A stretch of 64,000 nt of DNA from the human T2T-CHM13v2.0 reference genome, Homo sapiens (GCA_009914755.4 CP068257.2:26496001-26560000), one strand, 5' to 3'. Shown: positions 28,196 through 41,330, numbered from the stretch's first letter. Notes: generated by a model not told the origin, from the letters alone. A program made the numbers and translations.

Positions 28196-28607
28196 TGTCA
28201 GGCCTTGAGCCCAAGCTAAGCCATCATATCCCCTGTGACCTGCACATACACATCCAGATGGCCGGTTCCTGCCTTAACTGATGACATTCCACCACAAAAG
28301 AAGTGAAAATGGCCTGTTCCTGCCTTAACTGATGACATTATCTTGTGAAATTCCTTCTCCTGGCTCATCCTGGCTCAAAAGCTCCCCTACTGAGCACCTT
28401 GTGACCTCCCACTCCTGCCAGCCAGAGAACAACCCCCTTTGACTAATTTTCCTTTACCTACCCAAATCCTATAAAACGGCACCACCCCTATCTCCCTTCA
28501 CTGACTCTCTTTTCAGACTCAGCCCGCCTGCATCCAGGTGAAATAAACAGCCTTGTTGCTCACACAAATCCTGTTTGGTGGTCTCTTCACACGGACGCGA
28601 GTGAAAT
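28196..28607 (+). promoter_or_regulatory. HERV-H 5' LTR (LTR7-family; U3-R-U5 with TATA box ~28470 and AATAAA ~28541)
   Basis: The sequence matches the start and end of the LTR7 consensus. It is a direct repeat of 33270-33699, with ~11 substitutions plus indels including a 13-bp one. Confidence 0.85.
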
Positions 28608-28625
28608 TTGGTGCCGTGACTGGGA
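28608..28625 (+). other. Primer-binding site complementary to the tRNA-His 3' end
   Basis: tggtgccgtgactgggat lies immediately 3' of the LTR. HERV-H characteristically uses tRNA-His (consensus TGGTGCCGTGACTCGGAT). Confidence 0.75.
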
Positions 28626-29180
28626 TCAGGGGACCTCCCTTGGGAGATCAATCCCCTGTCCTACTCTTTGCTCCATGAGAAAGATCCACCTACAACCTCA
28701 GGTCCTCAGACTGACCAGCCCAAGGAACATCTCACCAATTTCAAATCCAGTAAGCGGCCTCTTTTTACTCTCTTCTCCAACCTCCCTCACTATCCCTCAA
28801 CCTCTTTCTCCTTTCAAGCTTGGCGCCACACTTCAATCTCTCCCTTCTGTTAATTTCAGTTCCTTTCATTTTCGGGTAGAGACAAAGGAGACACATTTTA
28901 TCTGTGGACCCAAAACTCCGGCGCCGGTCACGGACTCGGGAAGACAGCCTTACCTTGGTGTTTAATCATCGCCGAGATGCCTCTTGGATTATTCACCCAC
29001 GTTCCACTGGTGTCTGATCTCCGCAGGGGTGCCTTCCTTGATCATTCGCCCATGTTCCCTTGGTGGCAAGTCAATTGCAAGGACGCCTGCTTTGGCTGCT
29101 CACCCACGTTGCAGCCCAGGGCTGCTCCCCACCCCCTTCTCCGTGTCTCTACCCTTCTCTTTAAACTTGCCTCCTTCACT

Positions 29181-30345
29181 ATGGGCAACCTTCCACCCTC
29201 CATTCCTCCTTCTTCTCTCTTAGCCTGTGTTCTTAAGAACTTAAAACCTCTTCAACTCTCGCCTGACCTAAAATCTAAGCATCTTATTTTATTCTGCAAC
29301 ACCGCTTGGCCCCAATACAAACTTGACAAAGGCTCTAAAATAGCCACAGAACGGCACTTTCGATTTTTCCATCCCACAAGATCTCGATAATTCTTGTCGT
29401 AAAATGGGCAAATGGTCTGAGGTGCCTGACGTCCAGGCATTCTTTTACACATTGTTCTCTCCGTACTCTCTGTTCCCAATGTGACTCATCCCAAATCCTC
29501 CTTCTTTCCCTCCCGCCTGTCCTCTCAGTCCCAACCCCAAGCGTCGCTGAGTCTTTCTAATCTTCCTTTTCTACAGACCCATCTGACCTCTCTCCTCCTC
29601 CCCAGGCTGCTCCTCGCCAGGCCAAGCCAGGTCAAGCCAGGTCCCAATTCTTCCTCAGCCTCTGCTCCCCCACCCTATAATCCTTTTATCACCTCCCCTC
29701 CTCACACCCAGTCCGGCTTATAGTTTCGTTCCGCGACGCGACTAGCCCTCCTCCACCTGACCAGCAATTTCCTCTTAAAAAGGAGGCTGGAGCTAAAGGC
29801 ATAGTCAAGGTTAATGCTTCTTTTTCTTTATCCGACCTCTCCCAAATCAGTTAGCATTTAGGCTCTTTCATCAAATATGAAAAACCCAGCCCAGTTCATG
29901 GCTCGTTCGGCAGCAACCCTGAGACGCTTTACAGCCCAAGACCCTAAAATGTCAAAAGGCCGTCTTATTCTCAATATACATTTTATTACCCAATCCGCTC
30001 CTGACATTAAATAAAACTCCAAAAATTAAATTCCGGCCCTCAAACCTCACAACAGGACTTAATTAACCTCACCTTCAAGTTATACAATAATAGAGTAGAG
30101 GCAGCCAAGTAGCAATGTATTTCTGAGTTGCAATTTCTTGCCTCCACTGTGAGACAAACCCCAGCCACATCTCCAGCACACAAGAACTCCAAACGCCCAA
30201 ACCGCAGCTGCCAGGGGTTCCTCCAGAACCTCCTCCCCCAGGAGCTTGCTACAAGTGCCAGAAATCTGGCCACTAGGCCAAGGAATGCCCACAGCCCAGG
30301 ATTCCTCCTAAGCTGTGTCCCATCTGTGTAGGACCCCACTGAAAA
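29181..30345 (+). pseudogene. HERV-H gag remnant (MA...NC), frameshifted with in-frame stops
   Basis: ATG at 29181 gives MGNLPPSIPPSSLLACVLKNLKPLQLSPDLKSKHLILFCNTAWPQYKLDKGSK, then the frame is lost. The NC CCHC zinc knuckle at 30247-30288 reads CYKCQKSGH*AKEC, with TAG replacing Trp. A second knuckle, CPICVGPHW, follows. Confidence 0.75.
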
Positions 30346-30429
30346 TCGGACTGTTCAACTCACCTGGCAGCCACTTCCACAGCCCCTGGAACTCTGGCCC
30401 AAGGCTCTCTGATTGACTCCTTCCCAGAT

Positions 30430-30900
30430 CTTCTTGGCTTAGCGGCTGAAGACTGATGTTGCCGGATCGCCTCGGAAGCCTACAAGACCATCACAGACGC
30501 TCTAGGTAACTCTCACAGTGGAAGGTAAGTCCGTCCCCTTCTTAATCAATACGGAGGCTACCCACTCCACATTACCTTCTTTTCAAGGGCCTGTTTCCCT
30601 TGCCTCCATAACTGTTGCAGGTATTGACAGCCAGGTTTCTAAACCTCTTAAAACTCCCCAACTCTGGTGCCAACTTAGACAATACTCTTTTAAGCACTCC
30701 TTTTAGTTATCTCCACCTGCCCAGTTCCCTTATTAGGTGGAGACACTTTAACTAAATTATCTGCTTCCCTGACTATTCCTAGACTATAGCCACATCTCAC
30801 TGCCGCCCTTCTTCCCAATCCAAAGCCTCCTTTGCATCCTCCTCTTGCATCCCACCTTAACCCACAAGTATAAGATACCTCTACTCCCTCCTTGGTGACT
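30430..30900 (+). pseudogene. HERV-H protease remnant
   Basis: ORF 30518-30706 reads ...GKSVPFLINTEATHSTLPSFQGPVSLASITVAGIDSQ. FLINTEATHS is a degenerate retroviral aspartyl-protease active-site loop (DTGA). Confidence 0.6.
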
Positions 30901-32780
30901 GATCATGCACCCCTTACCATCTCATTAAAACCTAATCACCCTTTACCCCTCCACTCAATACCAATATCCCATCCCACAGCACGCTTTAAAAGGATTAAAG
31001 CCTGTTATCACTCACCTGCTACAGCATGGCCTTTTAAAGCCTATAAACTCTCCTTACAATTCCCCCATTTTACCTGTCCAAAAACTGGACAAGTCTTACA
31101 GGTTAGTTCAGGATCTGTGCCTTATCAACCAAATTGTTTTGCCTATCCACCACATGGTGCCAAACCCATGTACTCTCCTATCCTCAATACCTCCCTCCAC
31201 AACCCATTATTCTGTTCTGGATCTCAAACATGCTTTCTTTACTATTCCTTTGCACCCTTCATCCCAGCCTCTCTTTGCTTTCACTTGGACTGACCCTGAC
31301 ACCCATCAGGCTCAGCAAATTACCTGGGCTGTACTGCCTCAAGGCTTCACAGACAGCCGCCATTACTTCAGTCAAGCCCAAATTTCTTCCTCATCTGTTA
31401 CCTATCTTGGCGTAATTCTCATAAAAACACACGTGCTCTCGCTGCTGATCATGTCTGACTAATCTCCCAAACCTCAATCCCTTCCACAAAACAACTCCTT
31501 TCCTTCCTAGGCATGGTTAGTGCGGTCAGAATTCTTACACAAGAGCCGGGACCGCGCCCTGTAGCCTTTCTGTCCAAACAACTTGACCTTACTGTTTTAG
31601 CCTAGCCCTCAGGTCTGCGTGCAGTGGCTGCCGCTGCTTTAATAATTTTAGAGGCCCTAAAAATCACAAACTATGCTCAACTCACTCTCTACAGTTCTCA
31701 TAACTTCCAAAATCTATTTACTTCCTCACACCTGATGCATATACTTTCTGCTCCCCAGCTCCTTCAGCTGTACTCACTGTTTGTTGAGTCTCCCACAATT
31801 ACCATTGTTCCTGGCCCGGACTTCAATTCGGCCTCCCACAGTATTCCGGATACCACACCTGACCCCCATGACTGTATCTCTCTGATCCACCTGACATTCA
31901 CCCCATTTCCCCATATTTCCTTCTTTCCTGTTCCTCACCCTGATCACACTTGGTTTATTGATGGCAGTTCCACCAGGCCTAATCGCCACACACCAGCAAA
32001 GGCAGGCTATGCTATAGTGCAAGCCACTAGCCCGCCTCTTAGAACCTCTCATTTCCTTTCCATTGTGGAAATCTATCCTCAAGGAAATCACTTCTCAGTG
32101 TTCCAGCTGCTATTCTACTACCCCTCAGGGATTATTCAGGCCCCCTCCCTTCCCTACACAACAAGCTCGAGGATTTGCCCCACCCAGGACTGGCAAATTA
32201 GCTTTACTCAACATGCCCCGAGTCAGGAAACTAAAATACCTCTTAGTCTAGGTAGACACTTTCACTGGATAGGTAGAGGCCTTTCCCACAGGATCTGAGA
32301 AGGTCACCGCAGTCATTTCTTCCCTTCTGTCAGACATAATTCCTCGGTTTGGCCTTCCCACCTCTATATAGTCCGATATCAGACCGGCCTTTATTAGTCA
32401 AATCAGCCAAGCAGTTTTTCAGGCTCTTGGTATTCAGTAAAACCTTTATATCCCTTACACTCCTCAGTCTTAAGGAAAAGCAGAACGGACTAAAGGTCTT
32501 TTAAAAACGCACCTCACCAAGCTCAGCCACCAACTTAAAAAGGACTGGACAATACTTTTACCACTCTCCCTTCTCAGAATTCAGGCCTGTCCTCGGAATG
32601 CTACAAGGTACAGCCCATTTCAGCTCATGTATAGACGCTTTTTATTAGGCCCCAGTCTCATCCCAGACACCAGATCAACCTAGACTGCGCCCCAAAAAAC
32701 TTGTCATCCCTACTATCTTCTGTCTAGTCATACTCCTATTCACCATTCTCAACTACTCATAAATGCCCTGCTCTTGTTTA
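30900..32780 (+). pseudogene. HERV-H pol remnant (RT, RNase H, integrase core), multiply frameshifted
   Basis: The RT N-terminal box reads LLQHGLLKPINSPYNSPILPVQK.DKSYRLVQDL.LINQIV. Further RT motifs are VLDLKHAFFTIPL and WAVLPQGFTDS (LPQG box). RNase H reads TWFIDGSSTRP...KAGYAIV. The integrase core remnant reads ...FPTGSEKVTAV..., ...SD(NG)PAFISQ..., ...YTPQSSGKAERT.... The 224-codon open frame at 31624-32298 lies inside this region. Confidence 0.75.
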
Positions 32781-33255
32781 CACTGCCGGTTTACACCGTT
32801 TCTCTAAGCCATCACAGCTGATCTCCTCGTGCTATCCCCAAACCGCCACTCTTAACTCTTAAAGTAAATAAATAATCTTTGCTGGCAAGGCTATGCTGAA
32901 CCTCCTTAGGCACTCTCTAATTAGATGTCCTAGGTCCTCCCAATTCTTAGTCCTTTAATACCTGCTTTTCTCCTTCTCTTATTCCATTTAGTTTTTCAAT
33001 TCATACAAAACCATATCCAGGCCATCACCAATAATTCTACATGACAAATGTTTCTTCTAACAACCCCACAATATCACCCCTTACCACAAAATCTTCCTTC
33101 AGCTTAATCTCTCCCACTCTAGGTTCCCACGCCGCCCCTAATCCTGCTCGAAGCAGCCCTGAGAAACATCGCCCATTATCTCTCCATACCACCCCCAAAA
33201 ATTTTTTGCCGTCCCAACACTTTACCACTATTTCGTTTTATTTTTCTTATTAATA

Positions 33256-33269
33256 TAAGAAGACAGGAA
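33256..33269 (+). other. Polypurine tract preceding the 3' LTR
   Basis: taagaagacaggaa lies immediately upstream of the tgtcaggcc start of the 3' LTR. Confidence 0.6.
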
Positions 33270-33699
33270 TGTCAGGCCTCTGAGCCCAAGCTAAGCCATC
33301 ATATCCCCTGTGACCTGCACATACACATCCAGATGGCCAGTTTCTGCCTTAACTGATGACATTCCACCGCAAAAGAAGTGAAAATGGCCTGTTCCTGCCT
33401 TAACTGATGACATTATCTTGTGAAATTCCTTCTCCCGGCTCATCCTGGCTCAAAAGCTCCCCTACTGAGCACCTTGTGACCCCCACTCCTGCCAGCCAGA
33501 GAACAACCCCCCACTTTGACTGTAATTTTCCTTTACCTACCCAAATCCTATAAAACGGCTATCTCAACCTATCCCACCCCTATCTCCCTTTGCTGACTCT
33601 CTTTTCAGACTCAGCCCGCCTGCACCCAGGTGAAATAAACAGCCTTGTTGCTCACACAAAACCTGTTTGGTGGTCTCTTCACACAGATGCGAGTGAAAT
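33270..33699 (+). promoter_or_regulatory. HERV-H 3' LTR (LTR7-family)
   Basis: It is a direct repeat of the 5' LTR, with TATAAAA at ~33549 and AATAAA at ~33633. Confidence 0.85.
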
Positions 33700-35566
33700 G
33701 TACCATTATTGGTTGTCAGATATTTCCTTTTCTTTTTAGGAAGTAAAGTGCCTCCAGGAAAATCCACATCCTAACTGGTAAGAGCCTACTTACAACAAGT
33801 GCACCTTGACGGGAAGGCATTGATATTCGAAAGGAAGAGAAATTCTAGATACAATACAGAGTCTATTGCTTGAATCTATCTCTAAACTCAGACTTGGGTT
33901 AATCCAATGAAAAGTAGGAAATTTTACTGAAACCCAACAGATTTGCATTGCTATAAAACTCTGTAAAATGACCAAGTGCCAGGAGGCTTTATCATACCTT
34001 GGTTGTGGCAGAAGACTCTGGAATCCCAGGAACAGAGTATAATTTTGAGGGTATCAGAGCAAGAAAGGAAAGCAGAAAGCTTTGCTGTAATCTACACACA
34101 CAAACACAAAGTGGTTTACTAAAGCCATCTGCAATTTCAAGGCAATCAGTACACTCAGTAATTCAAAACTGTTTATTGAGATCTAAGATATGGAAGCCAG
34201 TGTGCTGACTCCAAAGGTATAAAGGACCAGCAAGAAAGTAGACACTTTAACTGCAAATATAATGGAGTAGACAGACAGGTAATTAAAATCTAGTGTGATA
34301 AAGGATCTTCTTGAGAGAAATTATTATGTCTTGAGGGCAAGAAAGGGAACTAATTAAGTTTGCATTTTAAAAATTGTTAAGAATAGATGTAGGATGGGAT
34401 AGAGGGTACCTTAGAGATGCAAGGATTGTGGAGGAATACTTTCATATGTTTTATGATGAATTGAAAGAAGATAATATTCTACTTCCTGTGCAAGTCATAT
34501 ATATGTTTGACACATTCTAAAGCAGACCTAACTTAGGGATCATTTAGATTTGAGTGGTAAGAGATAGAAAGTAATGAGGATAATTCTCATGTTTCTCACT
34601 TACCTAAGTTTTATTCTATTTAAACAAAGTAGAAATTAGTCATAGCAGGAACACTCTGAGTGTTCATAATTTTTTAAATGAGTGAACTCAGCAGCTTTGA
34701 TAATATAATTAGACATATGTAACAATACCCATCTACCTGGGTTGGCTTTATAAAATGTAGATATCAATACTTGGAAAACAAGTTATCCTTTCATGTTTAT
34801 TCATTAACAATAGTATGTCCTTCATCTTAAGTAGTCATACATCTTGCTCTTTCTTGATTGGAACCTTAAAGCTAAAAATGACATATGGACCTCTTTGTAT
34901 CCATATAATTAACAACAAACAGATATAATTGTTTGAATAATTTTAACTACAGAACTGTGTTAATTTCAATTCAACTGAATGCAGAGTAGTAGACTAACAA
35001 GAAGCTCTTTAAGCTACAAAGAATTAAGCAAAACAATTATAAAATCAATTTGACATCGCAACAATGATACATATTTCTGCATTTCAGACATAGCTAGAAT
35101 GGAGAACCACTTATAGGATAATAATTTACATTAAAATAAAAGGTATAATCAAATAAAAGAATAATAAAATAAAAATGCAGCGTGAAAATATAAGTAGGTA
35201 CTGCTGTTTAATTATATGTTTTATGAAAATGCTTAATGTTTTAGAAAAATGAGAAACAGAAAAATTGCTCTTTTCATTCAATTTGTTGTAGATTTCTTTC
35301 TGCATTCTTTATGAGCTCTTGTAAGAGATATATTTCTGTTATTGTAAACGTACTTTGTTACTTTCTATCTAATGTTATAAATTTGCTTTATATGGTTTCA
35401 ATGTTCTGAAATTAACCCTCTCTATGAGATTTATGATTATTTAGCAAAATTTTTATCAAAAACATCCACTCATTTATATTTTCTTGGAGGGGTTTAGTTT
35501 CAAGGGCCCCTTTAAACATTGATAAAGGTCATTAACTTACAGGTAATATCTTACTTTTTAATTGGT

Positions 35567-35602
35567 GTGTGTGTGGGTGTGTATGTGTGTGTGTGTGTGT
35601 GT
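35567..35602. repeat. (GT)n microsatellite
   Basis: gtgtgtgtgtgggtgtgtatgtgtgtgtgtgtgtgtgt. Confidence 0.9.
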
Positions 35603-36088
35603 TTCAGGGGAAGAATTGTAAAGTGAACATATTACTTCCTCTCCTGTGGCTGGACTTTGATTACTATTGGGTCACTGAAGGAAGTACAAAAGCGTGTTCT
35701 TGGGCGAAAAGTAAATTAAACCCACAAAGATGTAGTCTACAAGAATTAATGGTGAAAAAAAATCAAGGAAGATTTTTGATAAGCCTATATAAGTATTAAT
35801 CATCAAAATGATATAAATAAGCTGGGTGGGTCTAAAAAATCTATACTCATTTTGTCACATCATTCAAGAGTAAAATAGATATGTTTAAATTTACCTTATA
35901 GTTTATTAATAATGTATGTATTTTAAAATTCATCTTTAAAAGTATGGATATAGAAAGTGTAACACAAATAAGTAAAGTTACGTAGTAGAATCAACCAAAT
36001 TATTTTACTAGATGAACAGAAAATAGTTTGTATTAATGAAAAGCAATGGAAATCAAGGTAAGTAAACAAAGTATGACAAAGAGATTCA

Positions 36089-36416
<328 letters not shown>

Positions 36417-39400
36417 AATTAATTAATTAATTAATTAATTAAATGCACGAGTGGGTGAAAAAAAGGAGAGTTGTAAGATCTAAAGTATAACATGCTCTAT
36501 ATAAATATTTTGAACGGAATAAAAATACTATGTTTTTGTTGGATACATGCATTTGGAATACCTGTACAAAAACACGGTAGGAAAAATACACAGCAAATAC
36601 TAAACAACACTTACTCTTTAGAAAAGAAAGATAAAGAAAAATTACTTATAGCGGTTTATGTTATTTAGTAGTAAGTTAACTTTTACTAATTCTGGGTGAT
36701 TCAGACATGCGTGCTTATTATGTTTTATATGTGCGTTTCTTTGTGTTTCAAATGTTTCACAATTACAAAGGTTGATACTGTGTACCTTAAAATGTAGACT
36801 AATCTTACGTAGATCTAAAAGACCTAGGTATCATCCAGGATCAGAATACCTTTTGTTTCGTTGTTCTGTCATCCCTTTAGTGTATGGTACTTGTTTACTT
36901 CTTCAAAGATGGCCTCTAACCAGCAAGAAGGAGGGAAAAAAAAGATGTAATAAGAAGCTATCTTTTAAAGACATGACACTTCAGTTGCAGAGATCATTTT
37001 TTGTTTATAAATCAGCAGCCAGAACTTAGTCATTTGATCAAACTTACATGCAAGGAAGGCTGATAGAGTCTTAAGCTGAGTGAACCAGTGTTCCGATTAA
37101 TACTTTGTGGTTCTATCACTAATACACCGAACAGAAGGATGAAAACTGCATAAGCACATTTGCATTATAAGCACATTTTTCAACAAAATCATTAATACAG
37201 CGTTTCTAAAAGCATAGGCTTGGACCACAGACTGTTCAGAAAAGTTCCCTTTTTCTAGGGGTAAAGGAGGTATAATTTTATGCTTCTGGGTCAGAATGTT
37301 TTAGCAAACAGCAGTTTAACATAGTAGGACTTTATGCTTATGCAAACTTTATCTCACCACCCTCCTCCCAGAAAAAAAAAAAAAAATCAGCATGCTGAGT
37401 GCTGAGTTTTAGTTTTAATAAGCAAAAATCAGCAGCCCAGCAGCCTTTAACGGGCTTGAGGGACAAGTGTGATTATTTTTACAAGGATATTTCATGAATT
37501 AAATGAAAAGAATCATATTATTCCTGAGCACCAATCTCCATGAGAAAGAGCAAAACTAGAACAGGTGAGTTATTCCCTCTCCAGAGCAAATTTTATTTTA
37601 AATAAAAGCAGTGCCCCATAATTTAAGTAGGCAATTCAATTCAACTTTGATTCCTTAGAAGAAACTGAAGATTAACTAATGTACTATTGTATTAGTATCG
37701 GTAAACTTCTTAAGGAAAAACGCTATTGAATGTGTCAATATTAGATTACCTTCATTACATTGTTAAACTCATAACCCTGCTACAAAAGAATCTCAGCTGG
37801 ACAGGATGTTACAATTTGTTGCATTGTTGTCATCAAATAAAAACCTTCCTTGAGCTTCCATGTGTTGGTGATGATAGCAGCTACTCTGATTTCAGCCATC
37901 TAAATATGGTCTGAAATTTTCAGACCTCTTGACTGTCCAATGTATGTGTCACTTATGAAGAATAAGGTGAAATTTTAAATTTATTTAAAGTCTAGGTGTC
38001 CATAATTTGGTTGTAAAATATGATTATTTTCTAAAAGTTGCAAGTGCAATACTACAACTTTTTAATATATTTTTAAAGTTTAATTACTAATAGCTATTTT
38101 CTGCCTTCAAGAAAAATATCAAAAGCAGAAAGTGTACCAAAGGCACAAGAAAGTACTGATGTGTTTTAAGACAGCCAAGTTCTGCAATTTCATGTTAAAG
38201 TTTTGTGAGTTGAAGTTGGCTTAACACAGATATTTTCCAGAGAGGGAGAATTGGCAGATATGAACAGACTGGCATGGTACTAATGAAAAAATGAACTGGT
38301 TCAAGTGGTTGGAAAGTAAACAATATGTGTTTGTATGTTATTATCCATTAATGATCCGAGAGGTATAATTGGAAGCTACGAATGACTTTCATAACTTAAA
38401 GAGTAAATGAGTTTCCTAAATCACGTGTTACATTGTACTATTCAGTTGAGAGAGCCTTCTCCTATTTGAAAATGTGAACATTATATGAATGTATAATTTT
38501 AAAAGTGGAAAAGTAGTGCATGTTAAATATTAAATATTAAAATTTGCATAATTATAATACAGTATTTCTTTCCAAGTATCTTGTGAAATAAAAATTTAAA
38601 AATTTTACTCAATGTGTTATTTTAGGTACAAGTCAAAGCTTCCAGGTAGTTCATCAATAGTGTGGCGTACTTTACAGTAATTTGAATGCAATTACGCAAA
38701 ACTGCTATCACAGCTTTGGAAGACATTATGTGAGAGAGCAGAAAAAAAATAAAATAATTTTCTAAAAGACATAGTGAATGCTAGAAAACTAATGAAGACT
38801 TCAGGTGCATTTTAAGCTGTCCTCAAAATGCTAAGACATGTTTCTATTTGCAAACAGCAGCAAAACATATATAACCAATTTTCTCTTATTTCAAACAATT
38901 TTAGTGTCACACACACACCTTCCATAGAAAATCAATTGATATTTTAACTTACATTTATTCTTAGAATTAGCTATGCTTGATTATAGAAACATTATTTTGG
39001 TTTTGGAAAGCATCAATAATAAAGCCCTCCCTTTTCTCCATGAAATTGATACTGGCTCTCTGAAGCATGAAGATTATTCTTAAATAATATTCCTGTGAGT
39101 TTAAATAAATTTCATGATAATGTGGCTTAATAAACCATGATTTCCCCTTCTAGAAAACACAATTCCTCCTGGAGGGTGAATAATTTAGCATTGCTTAACA
39201 CACATTCTCACTTTAAAAAGGAAAAACTGAGTACACATTCACTGTGCATCTTATTTCAGTCTTTCAACAATGAGAGAGAAAACATGATGATGGATTTAAC
39301 TGGCCAGCACTACAAATCCACAGGATTCAAAATGTACCATAACCAAGAAAGTCACAAGCCAGGAGGCTTAGCAAATCCAGTGGGTTCCATGACTCTTCAA

Positions 39401-39808
39401 ATATTTTCAGAGAGCTTATCGCTTAAGCTCATAACCCTGATATGTAAAATAGAAGAAAAATTCTTGGCCCTTCTTTCCAGAGCCCATTCAAAAGTGTGGA
39501 GAAGAGTAGTCTAGAAGTTACGTCAGTTGAAACATTTCAAATTTCTTTGTCTCAATGTGAAGCAGAGCTAGGAGGATTCGCTAACCTTCATTTCAGAATT
39601 AATATTCCCAGAATGCACGTGTTCTAGATATGTTGATTACCTGTGCTAAGAAGAAATGTAAAGAAAGGCAAAGCATGTTTAAAAGTTATAAACACATTCT
39701 GGTTCCAGGAAATGAAGAAAATTTAAAAGGCACATATTAAGAAGTAAGATTAAGGGCTGAAAGCAGCCAATTATCCCACTGTAATATTAATACATGAAAA
39801 TTTTCCAC

Positions 39809-39833
39809 TATATATATATATATATATATATAA
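39809..39833. repeat. (TA)n microsatellite
   Basis: ctatatatatatatatatatatataa. Confidence 0.9.
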
Positions 39834-40994
39834 CTACTTTAACATTTTTTTTCCTTTTAACTCTAAACATTTTGTCAGTTTGTGTGGGAAAAAAATAGAC
39901 CTGCCACAGCTTACTGTGGAACAGCTATTATTTCCATGAGTTTTGATTTACCAAATACGTAAATTTAAACCTAGTTTTAAAACTAATTTAATGGTGATGG
40001 TCCATTTGTATTTCTCTAGCTTGTTTACTAAAGACATTGTGTTAATGTTTAAATCTCATTTCTCATTTTAAAATGAAACTCAAAAGATTTACATCTATGG
40101 TGGTATTTTTAAAAATATGCACACACAAAACCTTTATGAAGCCAAAAATAATTGAACAATTATATTTCTGAGAAGCTGCAGAACAGTAGCTTTAATAACG
40201 GGCTTTAAGCTTTAATTTGCCAAGTTGTTTTAGTACCCAAAGAAAGATATGTACTCCTGAAACTTGCATTTAAGATTCTAAGATTGACTTCTTTCCTTTA
40301 AAATGCAGGGCTATCAGTGTTGCTGTATTAATGGTATAATAAGAAGGGAAAAGTGTCAGTGAATACAGCAACAGCCAAACCAGCTCAACTAGGATTGCAG
40401 AAAATGGTATCTGCCTTTAGCTTGATCGTGGTAAACATTTTATTCAAGATCAAACTTTTCAAAATTCCAATTGGTCAAATAAAAGAAGAAATTGATCCTC
40501 ACTGACTTTTGGAGGATATAAATAAAAAGAAAAAAGATACCACTAGACTCAAATAATTCACATTTCACTCATCCACTGTCAAACTTCAATTAATGAATAT
40601 TGTTGAAATTTAATGTGTGAACAAATGTTTATATAACTTCTTATGAAAGTTAAAATTTTTACATAGAATATTGTATCCTTTTCAAATTTGTCTCTAGAGT
40701 AAAATACAATAGAAAATTTCTTGTATATTTATGTACATTTTTGTTTTCAAGGCTGTAGTGCAATGTACACTTCTAAAAGAATTTGGTGTCTGCATAAACT
40801 GTGTCTACATGGAGAAATCTCCAGTTTCAGAGAATATTTGATGAAAAAATGTAAAGGTAAACTGGATAAACACAATTACATGAATAATTCTAATGGATAA
40901 AATAATAATGACTAGGTAAGAAGTGTAATTCACCTGAGGGTTGGTAGTACCTTGTGCGATCATCATGTTTTGGGATGCATTACTAAAGGAATCT

Positions 40995-41220
40995 TTCAAG
41001 ATTTTATTATTTTTCTTTTCCTTTTTTTCTTTTCTCTTCCTTCCGTTCTTTCCTTCCTTCCTTCCTTCCCTCCTTCTCTCCCTCCCTCCCTCCCCTCCTT
41101 CCTTCCTTCCTCCCTCCCTCTCTTTCTCTCTTTTTTTCTTTCTTCCTTTCTTTCTTCCTTTCTTTCTTTCTCTTCCTCTCTTTCCTTTTCTTCTTTCTTT
41201 CCTTTTTTTTTCTTTCTTTT
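40995..41220. repeat. Polypyrimidine (CTTT/CCTT/CCCT)n tract, ~225 bp
   Basis: There is a continuous run of C/T-only tetranucleotide repeats (ttcctt, ccttcc, ccctcc, ctttct...). It is the reverse-strand A-rich tail expansion of the adjacent minus-strand Alu-like fragment. Confidence 0.9.
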
Positions 41221-41330
41221 GACAGGGTCTCTATATTCCAGGCTAAAGTGCTGTGGTGCAATCATAGCTCCCTGCAACCTCTAACTCTTGGGCTCAAGGG
41301 ATTCTCCCACCCCAACCTCTCAAGTAACCT
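41221..41330 (-). mobile_element. Old Alu-like fragment (minus)
   Basis: gacagggtctctatattccaggctaaagtgctgtggtgcaatcatagctccctgcaacctctaactcttgggctcaagggattctccc matches an Alu right arm in reverse complement. It is diverged. Confidence 0.5.

Larger units (their letters stand above)
28196..33699 (+). mobile_element. HERV-H provirus (~5.5 kb; LTR-gag-pro-pol-LTR, env deleted)
   Basis: There are two ~410-430 bp direct repeats beginning tgtcaggcc(t)tgagcccaagctaagccatcatatcccctgtgacctgcacatacacatccagatggcc. Each contains TATAAAA and AATAAA and ends ...ctcttcacac(g/a)ga(c/t)gcgagtgaaat, which is LTR7-family sequence. A PBS tggtgccgtgactgggat (tRNA-His) follows the 5' LTR. The interior translates to HERV-H gag (MGNLPPSIPPSS...CNTAWPQYKLD), protease, RT, RNase H and integrase remnants. 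A purine tract precedes the 3' LTR. Confidence 0.9.

Noticed and set aside
28230-28320. 30-bp duplication ggcc.gttcctgccttaactgatgacatt inside the HERV-H LTR U3
   Set aside because: It is present in both LTRs, so it is a feature of the progenitor or subfamily rather than a locus-specific event. It is mentioned under the HERV-H finding only.
31624-32298. 224-aa ORF, the longest in the track
   Set aside because: It lies inside the HERV-H pol remnant, with the RNase H TWFIDGSS...AGYAIV motifs. It is bounded by frameshifts relative to RT and IN. It is a retroviral pseudogene fragment, not a host gene.
28186-33710. Attempt to read a 5-bp HERV-H target-site duplication
   Set aside because: The flanks (..tgtcc | provirus | gtacc..) do not match convincingly. 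I could not fix the exact U5 terminus by eye, so no TSD is claimed.
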